A stretch of 64,000 bases of DNA from a virus (Duplodnaviria > Caudoviricetes), in the IMG/VR virus record IMGVR_UViG_3300030330_006692, positions 1 through 64,000 of that record, one strand, 5' to 3'. Positions 25,677 to 34,324 of this stretch are shown in pieces. The stretch's first letter is position 1. The number at the start of each line of letters is the position of its first letter. Under the pieces are notes generated by a model. It ran no database searches and had not been told where the DNA came from. It was given only the letters and a program-made list of their open reading frames with translations. A program made the position numbers and the translations under genes.

Positions 25677-27672
25677 CACTCATCTCACTCATTTAGAAGA
25701 ATTAGTTCTAACCAAAGGGCCCGAGGGCTATAAAATGGCTAGGGCTTTTCTTCTAGAGCTTTTAAAGACTCTCAAGGGTAACACCAACTCTAAGATTCAA
25801 ACGTCCGTCAAATGGGACGGAGCGCCGGCTATTTTTGCAGGCATAAATCCTGAAAACGGAAAGTTCTTTGTTGGAACTAAATCCATCTTTAATAAAGTTC
25901 CAAAGATTAATTACACAAAAGAAGACGTTGTTAAGAATCATGGGCACGCCCCGGGACTAGTCGACAAACTAACAAAAGCTTTAGAATACCTTCCTGCACT
26001 GAATATTAAGAATATCTTGCAGGGAGATTTTATGTTTGATGATGAGATGATTAGTACCGTCGAGATTGACGGTGAGCCTCATTACAAATTTAAACCAAAC
26101 ACGATCGTATACGCTGTTCCAGTTAATTCTGAACTTGGAAAACAAATTGAACAGTCCAAGTTTGGAATCGTATTTCATACAACATACAATAGTTTAGATA
26201 GTGGTGCTAGCTTTGGGGCTGACGTCTCAGCATTGAAGAGAGCCCCAGGTGTCTGGTTTGACGATGCTTTTTTTACAGATGACACTGGAATTGTAACACT
26301 TACCGACGAAGAAGAGGCAGAAGTGACAAAACTGGTAAAGGCTGCAGATGCAGTAAACAGTTCTATTAACTACGATGATCTACCCTCAGCATTTTTAAAT
26401 ATTTATATAAACAGTGAAATCAAAAAAGGTAGCTTCTTAGAAGATCCCGAGAAGTCATTTCAAGGTTTTATAAATTGGTACTCTCAAAGGGTTCAAAAGA
26501 AAATCAACAACTTAAAAAGTCAAAAAGGGCGAGAGCGCGCCACCAATAATGCTATGGAAACTATGCAGTCTTTTAATGACAAAAAAGAAGACATCACTAA
26601 TATTTTCAGAGTAAGCAGATTACTGTTTGAGGCAAAAAACATATTTATTCAAAAGTACAATAATGCTGTGTATAATACCAAGCATTTTGTTGATGATGGC
26701 TCTGGAGACTTAGTTGCTAGTAATCCGGAAGGCTATGTAGCCGTTGATCACAAAGGCAACGGTATTAAGTTTGTAGATAGGTTAGAATTCAGTAGAGCCA
26801 ACTTTGCGGTTGACAAGGGGGACAAATTTACTGGTGAAATCACAGAGCAAGAAGATGAATTTGATATAGATTACGAGGATGATGATCCAGTGGTGGATGC
26901 TGACTATCCCAAGACGGTGGCTGTTGTTCCAGGCGCTTTTAAGCCACCTCACAAGGGGCATCTGGATATGGTACGAAAGTATGCAGATATTGCCGATGAA
27001 GTCATCGTCCTTATATCTCGCCCAACAAAAAGTGGTAGAAGATTACCTAACGGACGTGAAATAACAGCAGATGATTCTCTTAAAATATGGAATAAATTAG
27101 CTGCCGGCTTGCCGAATGTTAAGATTGACGTATCTCCCCACGCTTCTCCAATTAATGCTGCATATGATTTTGTAGGCGACGAAGGCCCTCTCAACAAGGG
27201 AGACAAAGTAATATTAGGTTGTAGTACAAAAGGTGGCGATTGCAAGCGCTGGGCGGGGGCTACAAAGTATATTAAGGATGGAGTTGAGCTGCTGCCCAAC
27301 ATGGGAGTAGAACCTACAGTAAGAGCCAGTGGCGCGCCATATAGTGCTACAGATTTTCGCAATGCCCTAGGGAATACTGCTGCAGACATCGCAGCTAATC
27401 GTGCCGAAATAGCTGATTTTGTTGGTGAGGAAAATGTAGACGATGTTCTTGACATTCTCGGACTAGCAGTAACAGTTGATGAAATGTCTGCTGCGGGAGC
27501 CGGTGCTGTGGGAGGATTTAGCGCCCCTTTGGGATCTGGATCGGCTAAGCGAGGGGCAAGTACGCCTAAAACAAGCAAAAAGAAAAAACAAAAGCAATAT
27601 ATAGATTTAGGTTTACTTGCTGAGGTTATGGAACTAATTATAGAAAGAGGCATTAACAATGAATCCAAATGA
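25660..27672 (+). CDS. DUF6267-like (KxDG ligase-like) domain fused to HxGH nucleotidyltransferase
   Basis: HLTHLEE, KWDGAPA, EGYVA, KFVDRLEFSRANF; PGAFKPPHKGH. Confidence 0.75.
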   Translation: MMAKANTHLTHLEELVLTKGPEGYKMARAFLLELLKTLKGNTNSKIQTSVKWDGAPAIFAGINPENGKFFVGTKSIFNKVPKINYTKEDVVKNHGHAPGLVDKLTKALEYLPALNIKNILQGDFMFDDEMISTVEIDGEPHYKFKPNTIVYAVPVNSELGKQIEQSKFGIVFHTTYNSLDSGASFGADVSALKRAPGVWFDDAFFTDDTGIVTLTDEEEAEVTKLVKAADAVNSSINYDDLPSAFLNIYINSEIKKGSFLEDPEKSFQGFINWYSQRVQKKINNLKSQKGRERATNNAMETMQSFNDKKEDITNIFRVSRLLFEAKNIFIQKYNNAVYNTKHFVDDGSGDLVASNPEGYVAVDHKGNGIKFVDRLEFSRANFAVDKGDKFTGEITEQEDEFDIDYEDDDPVVDADYPKTVAVVPGAFKPPHKGHLDMVRKYADIADEVIVLISRPTKSGRRLPNGREITADDSLKIWNKLAAGLPNVKIDVSPHASPINAAYDFVGDEGPLNKGDKVILGCSTKGGDCKRWAGATKYIKDGVELLPNMGVEPTVRASGAPYSATDFRNALGNTAADIAANRAEIADFVGEENVDDVLDILGLAVTVDEMSAAGAGAVGGFSAPLGSGSAKRGASTPKTSKKKKQKQYIDLGLLAEVMELIIERGINNESK

Positions 27673-28423
27673 AGAAAAAATCCTTAGAGAAAGCATAAGA
27701 CACCTTATTAAATATGTCAAGACAAAAAGATCTGGAGAAGAGCTAGAATTGAGAAATATAATTAGGCAACTAATTGACGTCGATTCAGCGATATCCGAAG
27801 GACAAACGCCTGATGTAGATCCGACACCCAACAAGTCTACCGGAATTAATGTCCTGGAACAACTCCTTAAGAAGATTATACCAGTTCTAGAAGAAGATTA
27901 CAAGTCTTTGACAACAAATAATGATCAAAGACAATCTTTTCGTTCTCACATATTAAACGCTGTTGTAAATTCCCTTACTCCTGCACAAGTCAACAACGAT
28001 GCTGCTTCTGATGATTTAGAAGAGGAAATCGAGATTAACGTTGGGGATGGAGCGGACGATAAGTTTATCGATATTCGCACCGATGCAGAAAGACAAGCAG
28101 ATGAAGAAGAGGAAGAAAAAGATCCTCGCGACTCATTTGGTGCAGGGGTGGAAGGTGATGAGACTGGACGTAATATGGCATACGAGTCATATAAAAAGAT
28201 AGAAACTAATGTAATTGATGCATATGAGCTTCTTTCTGATCCAGATGATCAGGAATTATTTTATGATTACTTAATAGCTAATCTCAAACTTTATTTTGAT
28301 AAATTTGAAGAAGAATTAGCTTCTTCTGTAGAAGAGCCTACAAATCAAGCTTACGATATGGCAAAATCAGAAGAGCCGCTGGCTGATGCTAGCGATGAAG
28401 ACTTATTAGAATTGGAGTTTTAA
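27659..28423 (+). CDS. Acidic hypothetical protein
   Basis: Intact ORF after ACTAATTA motif. Confidence 0.7.
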   Translation: MNPNEEKILRESIRHLIKYVKTKRSGEELELRNIIRQLIDVDSAISEGQTPDVDPTPNKSTGINVLEQLLKKIIPVLEEDYKSLTTNNDQRQSFRSHILNAVVNSLTPAQVNNDAASDDLEEEIEINVGDGADDKFIDIRTDAERQADEEEEEKDPRDSFGAGVEGDETGRNMAYESYKKIETNVIDAYELLSDPDDQELFYDYLIANLKLYFDKFEEELASSVEEPTNQAYDMAKSEEPLADASDEDLLELEF

Positions 28424-28861
28424 ATGTCAGCTGAAGAATCGATCATGGATAAATTAGACCAGTTCATGGCAGAGAAAGGATGTCCAGCAACATCAAGTAC
28501 TTGGGCAGGTGGTAGATCTAGTACAGTATATTATGGTAACAACTTGCTTAAAGAAAGTGTCATAAAAGAAGCTTTTGAAATACTTGATGGCGTTGAAGAA
28601 GCACAAGAAGCAATTGACGAAGCTGCGAAGGCACCGGAAGGTGGCAATCGAATGGATAGCGCAATGGGACAAGCCTACAAAAATGCATTAAAGCAATATG
28701 CGAAAGGAAAAATCGATGAGAACCCCGGGGCAAGTTTAGACGCGTATGTCACAAAGCAAAAAGAAAAACTTAAAGAACGTCCGCATGCCATGGCAAATTT
28801 GGTTCATTCGATGGCAGTCATGGTGATGGGGTATCATTTGGAAAATCAACGTCATGACTAA
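28424..28861 (+). CDS. Hypothetical protein
   Basis: Intact ORF. Confidence 0.65.
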   Translation: MSAEESIMDKLDQFMAEKGCPATSSTWAGGRSSTVYYGNNLLKESVIKEAFEILDGVEEAQEAIDEAAKAPEGGNRMDSAMGQAYKNALKQYAKGKIDENPGASLDAYVTKQKEKLKERPHAMANLVHSMAVMVMGYHLENQRHD

Positions 28862-28880
28862 ATTGTTACAAAAAAGTTGC

Positions 28881-28909
28881 TTGACAAAATATAAATGATT
28901 GGATATACT
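28881..28909 (+). promoter_or_regulatory. sigma70-type promoter
   Basis: TTGACA-N17-TATACT. Confidence 0.65.
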
Positions 28910-28946
28910 TTAATTGTGTTCTGCTTTGAATGCATGTGATAGCAAT

Positions 28947-29288
28947 ATGAAAGATAAAAATATCACTACTAGCAATAAGAGTATCATAAATAAACTAAAA
29001 GATCAAAATAAAATTAATGATAACACACTAATTTCAATTAATTCCTTATCTTTAGAAGAAGTCATTGCTGTTAAACTTGAATTAGCCACAGAACACATTA
29101 ATAATAGACTTTATGGTTTAGATATTTGGAAAAAAACTAATTACATAGTAAGAGATGCTGTACTAAAGTTTGCTATCTCTACAACTAAGTCAAAAAAAGA
29201 CGCTGCAAGATTTTTAGGAATAACCCCACAAGAGTTTCAGAAAGCATGCAGAAACTACAATATTGATAATTATTTTAACACAGAGTGA
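28947..29288 (+). CDS. Fis-like HTH DNA-binding protein
   Basis: KSKKDAARFLGIT...YNI Fis/HTH_8-like C-terminus. Confidence 0.65.
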   Translation: MKDKNITTSNKSIINKLKDQNKINDNTLISINSLSLEEVIAVKLELATEHINNRLYGLDIWKKTNYIVRDAVLKFAISTTKSKKDAARFLGITPQEFQKACRNYNIDNYFNTE

Positions 29289-29291
29289 AAC

Positions 29292-29888
29292 ATGAAAATT
29301 TTATATACTTTATTCCTTTTAGGATGCCCTCCATCAGATTTAGAAATTGCCGAGGATTCCGATCAGTTTGAAATCACAGAACCTCCAGCACCGCCTAATG
29401 GAGTAATTGCTGCAGACGACTGCAGACATGTCGACAGAGGTGATCTGGCATGTAATTTCATACTACATGATCAGAATTCTGAGAATTGGGAGCTTTACAA
29501 TCACATGGGTGAAGTTACAGTTCTTGATTTTTCAACTATATGGTGCTATCCTTGTCAAATTGCTGGGAATTTTGCGCAACCAATTCAAGATGACTATGCT
29601 GATCAAGGAGTTAATTTTGTAACAGTATTGATAGACGGAATGCAGCATTCGATCGAACCCACACAGGATGAAATCTCAGAATGGGTGCAGTCTCATGGAA
29701 TAACTACCGCGCCAATATTGCAAGGAAGCAGAGAAAAGATGTTATCATCAGATTCTTCAGGGTATGATGGTTATTTGTTGGGCGGTTTTCCTACATATGT
29801 TTATATTGGGAAGGATATGAAATTTTATTCAGCACATGTGGGCTTCAACGAAGAACATGTTAGACAAACAATAGAAGAAGGTTTATAA
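29292..29888 (+). CDS. TlpA/redoxin-family thioredoxin lipoprotein
   Basis: LFLLGC lipobox-like; VLDFSTIWCYPC; GFPT. Confidence 0.8.
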   Translation: MKILYTLFLLGCPPSDLEIAEDSDQFEITEPPAPPNGVIAADDCRHVDRGDLACNFILHDQNSENWELYNHMGEVTVLDFSTIWCYPCQIAGNFAQPIQDDYADQGVNFVTVLIDGMQHSIEPTQDEISEWVQSHGITTAPILQGSREKMLSSDSSGYDGYLLGGFPTYVYIGKDMKFYSAHVGFNEEHVRQTIEEGL

Positions 29889-30097
29889 TGTGGAAAATAT
29901 ATAAATGGAATGGACACTATATTATGGGTGATCTGATCAGCAAGCACTCGAGTGAAGATGCAGCACTTAAAAAAGCTGCTAAAGAAATTAATTTTACTTT
30001 TGCGGAAAAAACCAAAAGAGATAAAGAAATTTTAATTTGGCTAGACAACACAGATCACACACCAGTAGGTGTAATAGTTAAAAAAACACGGGGGTGA
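29888..30097 (+). CDS. Hypothetical protein
   Basis: TAATG coupling; stop overlaps tmRNA 5' end. Confidence 0.6.
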   Translation: MWKIYKWNGHYIMGDLISKHSSEDAALKKAAKEINFTFAEKTKRDKEILIWLDNTDHTPVGVIVKKTRG

Positions 30098-30423
30098 CTT
30101 AGGTTTCGACGTGGTATTGAAAAAATTAAATGCAAGCAGGAAAGATACATCCTTAAAAGTTCAAAAACAATAGTTGCAAATAACAACACACACTTCGAAC
30201 AGCGCTTAGCCGCTTAGTAGGGAGGCTGATTAGAGCCTTCTATCCAATCTAGTCAACACAACAGATCAGTTGCAAAAATCACAAAACTTATCGCAACAGG
30301 ATGGTAAGCGATATTTTACAACCATCTATCTTTGTCAGTTCGTGATAGAAACTGAATAAGCTTGTGAATGACTTAATTTTGAATTTATTGCGGACGCGGG
30401 TTCGAATCCCGCCGCCTCCACCA
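30090..30423 (+). ncRNA. ssrA: tmRNA
   Basis: Acceptor GGGGGTG/CGCCTCC with G3-U, ACCA 3' end, T-arm GCGGG-TTCGAAT-CCCGC, tag ORF 30176-30217 ANNNTHFEQRLAA followed by TAGTAG. Confidence 0.95.
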
Positions 30424-30437
30424 TATAAGGAAAAAAT

Positions 30438-30629
30438 ATGTTCAATTGGTTTAAGAAAAGTAAAAAAGTAAGCTCGGCGCCAAATTTTGATTTTGAAGAT
30501 ACCATTGAGGAAACTCTTTGGGAAATCAAGCAAGAGTATGATTTAGAAACAGAAGAAGTCGAAATGACAGTATTCCAAAAGCGACACTATATAAATTATA
30601 TGAACGAGTGTGTTAAAAATAAGAAATGA
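30438..30629 (+). CDS. Hypothetical protein
   Basis: AAGGA RBS. Confidence 0.55.
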   Translation: MFNWFKKSKKVSSAPNFDFEDTIEETLWEIKQEYDLETEEVEMTVFQKRHYINYMNECVKNKK

Positions 30630-31111
30630 ATATTTGGGTGGCGTTATACAAAGGTAAGGGAAATTTAATCAATGCCATTGTACGCCGCTGGACAAAAAGC
30701 CAATATAGTCATGCTGAGTTAATATTGAATGACAAGAAAACGTGGATTGGGATCAGCCCGTTCATAAAATCAAAAATAACTGAGAGAAAAGACGTAGAGT
30801 ATAATCCAGAAAATTGGGACTTTTACGAAATACCGGTAACCGAAGAACAGTATCAGTCTATATTAGATTTTTACGATATCACTAAAGGTGCCACATATGA
30901 TTGGGTAGGTATGCTGTTATCTCAGTTTTTATCTTTTCGCATAAAGCAAAAATATAAATGGTACTGCAGTGAGTGGATTTTGTATGCTTTAAGAATATCA
31001 TGCATAGTTGATTGGAAGATAATTAAAATTTTTGATCAATCTGACTTGTCACCTTCAAAATTGCATGATATACTGTTATTATGTGACTTTAAAAAAGTTA
31101 ATTTGGAGTAA
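30626..31111 (+). CDS. Permuted papain-like (YaeF/YiiX-type) enzyme
   Basis: YSHAEL...YDW...WYCSEW...SP. Confidence 0.75.
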   Translation: MNIWVALYKGKGNLINAIVRRWTKSQYSHAELILNDKKTWIGISPFIKSKITERKDVEYNPENWDFYEIPVTEEQYQSILDFYDITKGATYDWVGMLLSQFLSFRIKQKYKWYCSEWILYALRISCIVDWKIIKIFDQSDLSPSKLHDILLLCDFKKVNLE

Positions 31112-31113
31112 AA

Positions 31114-31611
31114 ATGACAATTCATAGAAAAATGTATGACGAAGACAAGCATGGTAAGACACCCACAGTGATGGTATCAGGTGGTTTTGATCCGGTACAC
31201 GCTGGACATATTCGGATGATCCGCCATGCAGCCGAATTTGGAGATGTGATAATAATAGCTAACTCTGATGACTGGCTTTTCCGGAAAAAGGGTTTTGTTT
31301 TTATGGAATATGAACGTCGTATAGAAATTTTAAACGCTATCAAAGGCGTTATATTAGTTGATTCTGTAGATGATAGCGATGGAACAGTGTGCGAGGCAAT
31401 CCGACGACTCAAGCCAACGTATTTTGCAAACGGGGGGGATCGTGGAAGATCCAACACTCCCGAGCAAAAAGTTTGTGAAGAACTAGGTGTTGAATTATTG
31501 TGGGGAATTGGAGGCGAAGAAAAATTACAAAGTTCATCAGAGTTAACAAAAAAAGTTAGAGATTTTGATATTCCGCCGGTTCGTGCATCTGGACCACATT
31601 CCGAAAGATGA
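31114..31611 (+). CDS. Cytidylyltransferase (RfaE/TagD-like)
   Basis: SGGFDPVHAGH; FANGGDR; SSS. Confidence 0.9.
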   Translation: MTIHRKMYDEDKHGKTPTVMVSGGFDPVHAGHIRMIRHAAEFGDVIIIANSDDWLFRKKGFVFMEYERRIEILNAIKGVILVDSVDDSDGTVCEAIRRLKPTYFANGGDRGRSNTPEQKVCEELGVELLWGIGGEEKLQSSSELTKKVRDFDIPPVRASGPHSER

Positions 31612-31629
31612 TTTAAAAATCTAGTTAAA

Positions 31630-32145
31630 ATGATGAAAAGTTTTAAAACTTTAAAATTAGACTCCTCTTTTCGCCCTGTAGAGGTAATAGATGCAATCGA
31701 AGCTTTGGTTTTGTGTATTGTTGGAAAAGCAATGCCAGTAGAAGAATACACCGAAGAAATAAGAACTGTGACAAGAAAATTTGTATTGCCGTCTGTCATA
31801 GCTTTAAAAAAGGTTGTTAAATTTAGATTTACCACCATGGCACCATCCAGAGATAACATTTTTTGGAGAGACAATAATCAATGTCAATATTGTACTAAGG
31901 TTTTTTTAAAAGAAGAGCTTACTCTCGATCATGTGAAACCACGTAGCAAAGGTGGCAAAAATACATGGCTTAATTTAGTTACAGCATGTAAAAAATGTAA
32001 TCAAAAAAAAGGCAATAGAACACCGACTGAGGCTAATATGCCTTTATTGCGTGCTCCATTCAAACCAAAAACAAATATCCTAAGATCTGTAAACAAAAGT
32101 CAAATAAATCCAATATGGAAAGAATATTTGTGGGGAATGTCTTGA
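31630..32145 (+). CDS. HNH endonuclease
   Basis: RDNNQCQYC...TLDHVKPRSKGG...NLVTACKKCNQKKG. Confidence 0.92.
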   Translation: MMKSFKTLKLDSSFRPVEVIDAIEALVLCIVGKAMPVEEYTEEIRTVTRKFVLPSVIALKKVVKFRFTTMAPSRDNIFWRDNNQCQYCTKVFLKEELTLDHVKPRSKGGKNTWLNLVTACKKCNQKKGNRTPTEANMPLLRAPFKPKTNILRSVNKSQINPIWKEYLWGMS

Positions 32146-32170
32146 CACCAACGACATTGAATGTTATTAT
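32142..32170 (+). promoter_or_regulatory. sigma70-type promoter
   Basis: TTGACA-N17-TATTAT with extended TG. Confidence 0.65.
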
Positions 32171-32176
32171 TGTATT

Positions 32177-32449
32177 ATGGAATACATAAAATGTTATCTA
32201 TCTGAGGTAGGGCATAAAAACTTTTTTTATCCCACCGAAAACACTGCTTTAATTCCTAAAGGTTGTGAATACAATATTCTTCCTTGGATTGGTGGACAAG
32301 CTAAAAGCTTGACGCCCGTTAAAATAAAAAAAAGTTGCGTGGTACCACTAAACATGTGCCCACCAGCCACCATAAAAGGTACGACTGTGGTGTGGATAGA
32401 TAATAGTTTATTGCCCCTTAGCTCAGTTGGTAGAGCAAATGACTGTTAA
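32177..32449 (+). CDS. Hypothetical protein (3' end overlaps tRNA)
   Basis: ATG just after promoter. Confidence 0.5.
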   Translation: MEYIKCYLSEVGHKNFFYPTENTALIPKGCEYNILPWIGGQAKSLTPVKIKKSCVVPLNMCPPATIKGTTVVWIDNSLLPLSSVGRANDC

Positions 32450-32487
32450 TCATTGGGTCCGCGGTTCAAGCCCGCGAGGGGCAGCCA
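32412..32487 (+). tRNA. tRNA-Asn(GTT), canonical
   Basis: 76-nt cloverleaf TGCCCCT/AGGGGCA, anticodon loop CT-GTT-AA, G73, CCA. Confidence 0.95.
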
Positions 32488-32506
32488 TCTTAACTAAGGA
32501 GAAAAA

Positions 32507-32983
32507 ATGTCTGCTGTAAAAAGACTACAAACACTTAAGTTGCCACCTGACGCGATGGTAACTCTTACATATGAAGAAGGTACTGATGTTTTTGTTCATA
32601 ATGAAACAGAAGTAGAAGATGCTATTAATCATACTAGCGTTATTAACGAGTTTGCATCATTAATTGCTCAAAGTAAGCTTGATGCACGAAATCGTTGGAG
32701 TGGAAATGTTCTAGAACATCTCCGAGCCGAAGACTATCTTGAAGATTATGAACGTGGTACATACAACTTCGAAGAATACTTAGCAGAAACGTTGGCTGAA
32801 AATTTTTATGATACTGAACTAATTGAATATTCTACTGAGAAGTACGATCATAAGCGCGGCTTTTGTACACTAACCGCTCAAGTAGAGGTACCGTACGAAA
32901 ATTTGGTAGAAGTTGATCCTTTTATCTCTGGATGGAATGTTTCTGTTGAGACAGAAAATGGAACTTTATCATTTGATGCATAA
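32507..32983 (+). CDS. Acidic hypothetical protein
   Basis: AAGGAG RBS. Confidence 0.75.
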   Translation: MSAVKRLQTLKLPPDAMVTLTYEEGTDVFVHNETEVEDAINHTSVINEFASLIAQSKLDARNRWSGNVLEHLRAEDYLEDYERGTYNFEEYLAETLAENFYDTELIEYSTEKYDHKRGFCTLTAQVEVPYENLVEVDPFISGWNVSVETENGTLSFDA

Positions 32984-33012
32984 TTCCCTACTTATATTAG
33001 GAGGGTTATATT

Positions 33013-33075
33013 ATGGAAAAATGTGAATGTTGTGGCTGCATTGCACCATGTAATTGTAATTGCTGCTGCAAATAA
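33013..33075 (+). CDS. Metallothionein-like 20-aa peptide
   Basis: MEKCECCGCIAPCNCNCCCK; AGGAGG RBS 8 nt upstream; CCTACTTA motif. Confidence 0.7.
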   Translation: MEKCECCGCIAPCNCNCCCK

Positions 33076-33078
33076 ACC

Positions 33079-33173
33079 CCGCGCTATTCTGCTCGCTTTA
33101 TAAGCAGGACGTGGTTGCCGATCGTCACGTAGGCAAAGGTTTCCGGTTATCCTAGTTCTAGACAGAAAACCGG
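33079..33173 (+). ncRNA. Candidate three-hairpin structured RNA
   Basis: CCGCG..TTCTGCT/AGCAGGA..CGTGG; TTGCC/GGCAA; CCGGTT/AACCGG. Confidence 0.35.
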
Positions 33174-33182
33174 TTTTATTTA

Positions 33183-33278
33183 TGGGGGGTGGCGGAATTG
33201 GCAAACGCACCCGGTTGTTTCCCGGGCGGTGATTCATGAAAATGCACCTTGAAGGTTCGAATCCTTCCCCTCCAGCCA
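33183..33278 (+). tRNA. Atypical class II (long variable arm) tRNA with GTT anticodon
   Basis: TGGGGGG/CCCTCCA acceptor, G73, CCA; CCCGG-TTGTTTC-CCGGG anticodon arm; variable arm GGTG..CACC; GAAGG-TTCGAAT-CCTTC. Confidence 0.85.
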
Positions 33279-33306
33279 TTTTTTATTTTAAGCCATAGTT
33301 ACTAAT

Positions 33307-33456
33307 GTGGAAACGGTGGCAGAATTAGCAATATTAGCTATGAGTATGTTTTTGGCGGCCTTCTTTTGTTTGAAAGTTTTGTTCATACCAGATTCAGCCA
33401 TAAAAACCATAGACAAAATTTATGAAGTCGAAGAAGAGATATACCAAGAACGATAG
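33307..33456 (+). CDS. 49-aa membrane peptide
   Basis: GTG 5 nt after CATAGTTA; hydrophobic LAILAMSMFLAAFFCLKVLFI. Confidence 0.5.
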   Translation: METVAELAILAMSMFLAAFFCLKVLFIPDSAIKTIDKIYEVEEEIYQER

Positions 33457-33676
33457 AGTTTTGGTTAAGTCGTTTGCCGGTCCAAATGTTTGTGTTGTTT
33501 TAAAAAGCCGGTACATTGTGTCAAAATCACAGTCCAAACTTGGTGTCGATGGATGGAACGCTCAAATAACAAATCAAAAAGAAGTTGAAAAACTTCGTAA
33601 ACGTGGTGTACCATATAAAAAAGGTGAAAAACCCAAAGTTTGGGTATTCGACTGGCAAATAATTAAGAAATGTTGA
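33422..33676 (+). CDS. Hypothetical basic protein (SH3-like)
   Basis: KNDRVLVKS... Confidence 0.55.
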   Translation: MKSKKRYTKNDRVLVKSFAGPNVCVVLKSRYIVSKSQSKLGVDGWNAQITNQKEVEKLRKRGVPYKKGEKPKVWVFDWQIIKKC

Positions 33677-33701
33677 CACCTTTTCAAAAAAATGCTATAT
33701 T
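33673..33701 (+). promoter_or_regulatory. sigma70-type promoter for hsp20
   Basis: TTGACA-N17-TATATT with extended TG. Confidence 0.7.
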
Positions 33702-33767
33702 TATAGTGTAATCAGAGCAATGTGCCTGTTTACAACTTTATACTATCATTGATAAAGGAGAAATAAG

Positions 33768-34253
33768 ATGACAAGTATTATTCGCAGACCTGCGTTTCCC
33801 GCACGCAATATTTCAAAAAGGGAATTCTTAACACCGTTTGACGAATTGTTCAACACTATGCTTGGTGATATGTTTCCAACACTTCATCAAGAGTTTGGTA
33901 ACGACTTTTTTGTACAAGGTTCATATCCAAAATGCAATGTAATCACGAATGATGAATGTGTGATTATTGAAGCTGCAATTCCCGGATTAGATAAGGAAGA
34001 GGTGGATGTTGAAATTGATAATAAGATTCTCACTATTCGTGGAGAATCAAATCAACACGAAGACATTCGAGATGAACAGTATGTAAAGCGCGAACTCAAG
34101 CGGTCAGCCTTTCAGAGATCATTTAAGTTAGATGAAAACTTAGACGATACAACCATTACTGGTGCTTATGATAAGGGGATATTGACAATCACGATCCCCA
34201 AGATCATACCAACCAGCACACAAGAACAAATTCGAAAGATTGAAATTAAGTAA
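33768..34253 (+). CDS. Hsp20 small heat-shock protein
   Basis: YPKCNV...AAIPG..KEEV...FQRSFKL...GILTITIPK. Confidence 0.92.
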   Translation: MTSIIRRPAFPARNISKREFLTPFDELFNTMLGDMFPTLHQEFGNDFFVQGSYPKCNVITNDECVIIEAAIPGLDKEEVDVEIDNKILTIRGESNQHEDIRDEQYVKRELKRSAFQRSFKLDENLDDTTITGAYDKGILTITIPKIIPTSTQEQIRKIEIK

Positions 34254-34259
34254 CTTAAG

Positions 34260-34283
34260 TGCTCCCCCGAAGGGGAGCATTTT
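34260..34283 (+). terminator. Rho-independent terminator
   Basis: TGCTCCCC-CGAA-GGGGAGCA-TTTT. Confidence 0.85.
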
Positions 34284-34324
34284 ACTTGGTAAACTATTTA
34301 TGGTAAGCTCTCGACAAGGTGTGT

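Noticed and set aside
30288-30533. Minus-strand ORFs 30288-30533 and 30335-30529
   Set aside because: Antisense shadows of the tmRNA
31122-31874. 250-aa minus-strand ORF (and similar long antisense ORFs such as 26949-27668, 1781-2380)
   Set aside because: Fully overlap well-supported + strand genes; no RBS or recognisable motifs
31630-32145. HNH as intron- or intein-encoded mobile element
   Set aside because: Flanking genes appear intact; no intron structure evident
32992-33279. Minus-strand 95-aa ORF
   Set aside because: Antisense to the tRNA and the Cys-rich peptide gene
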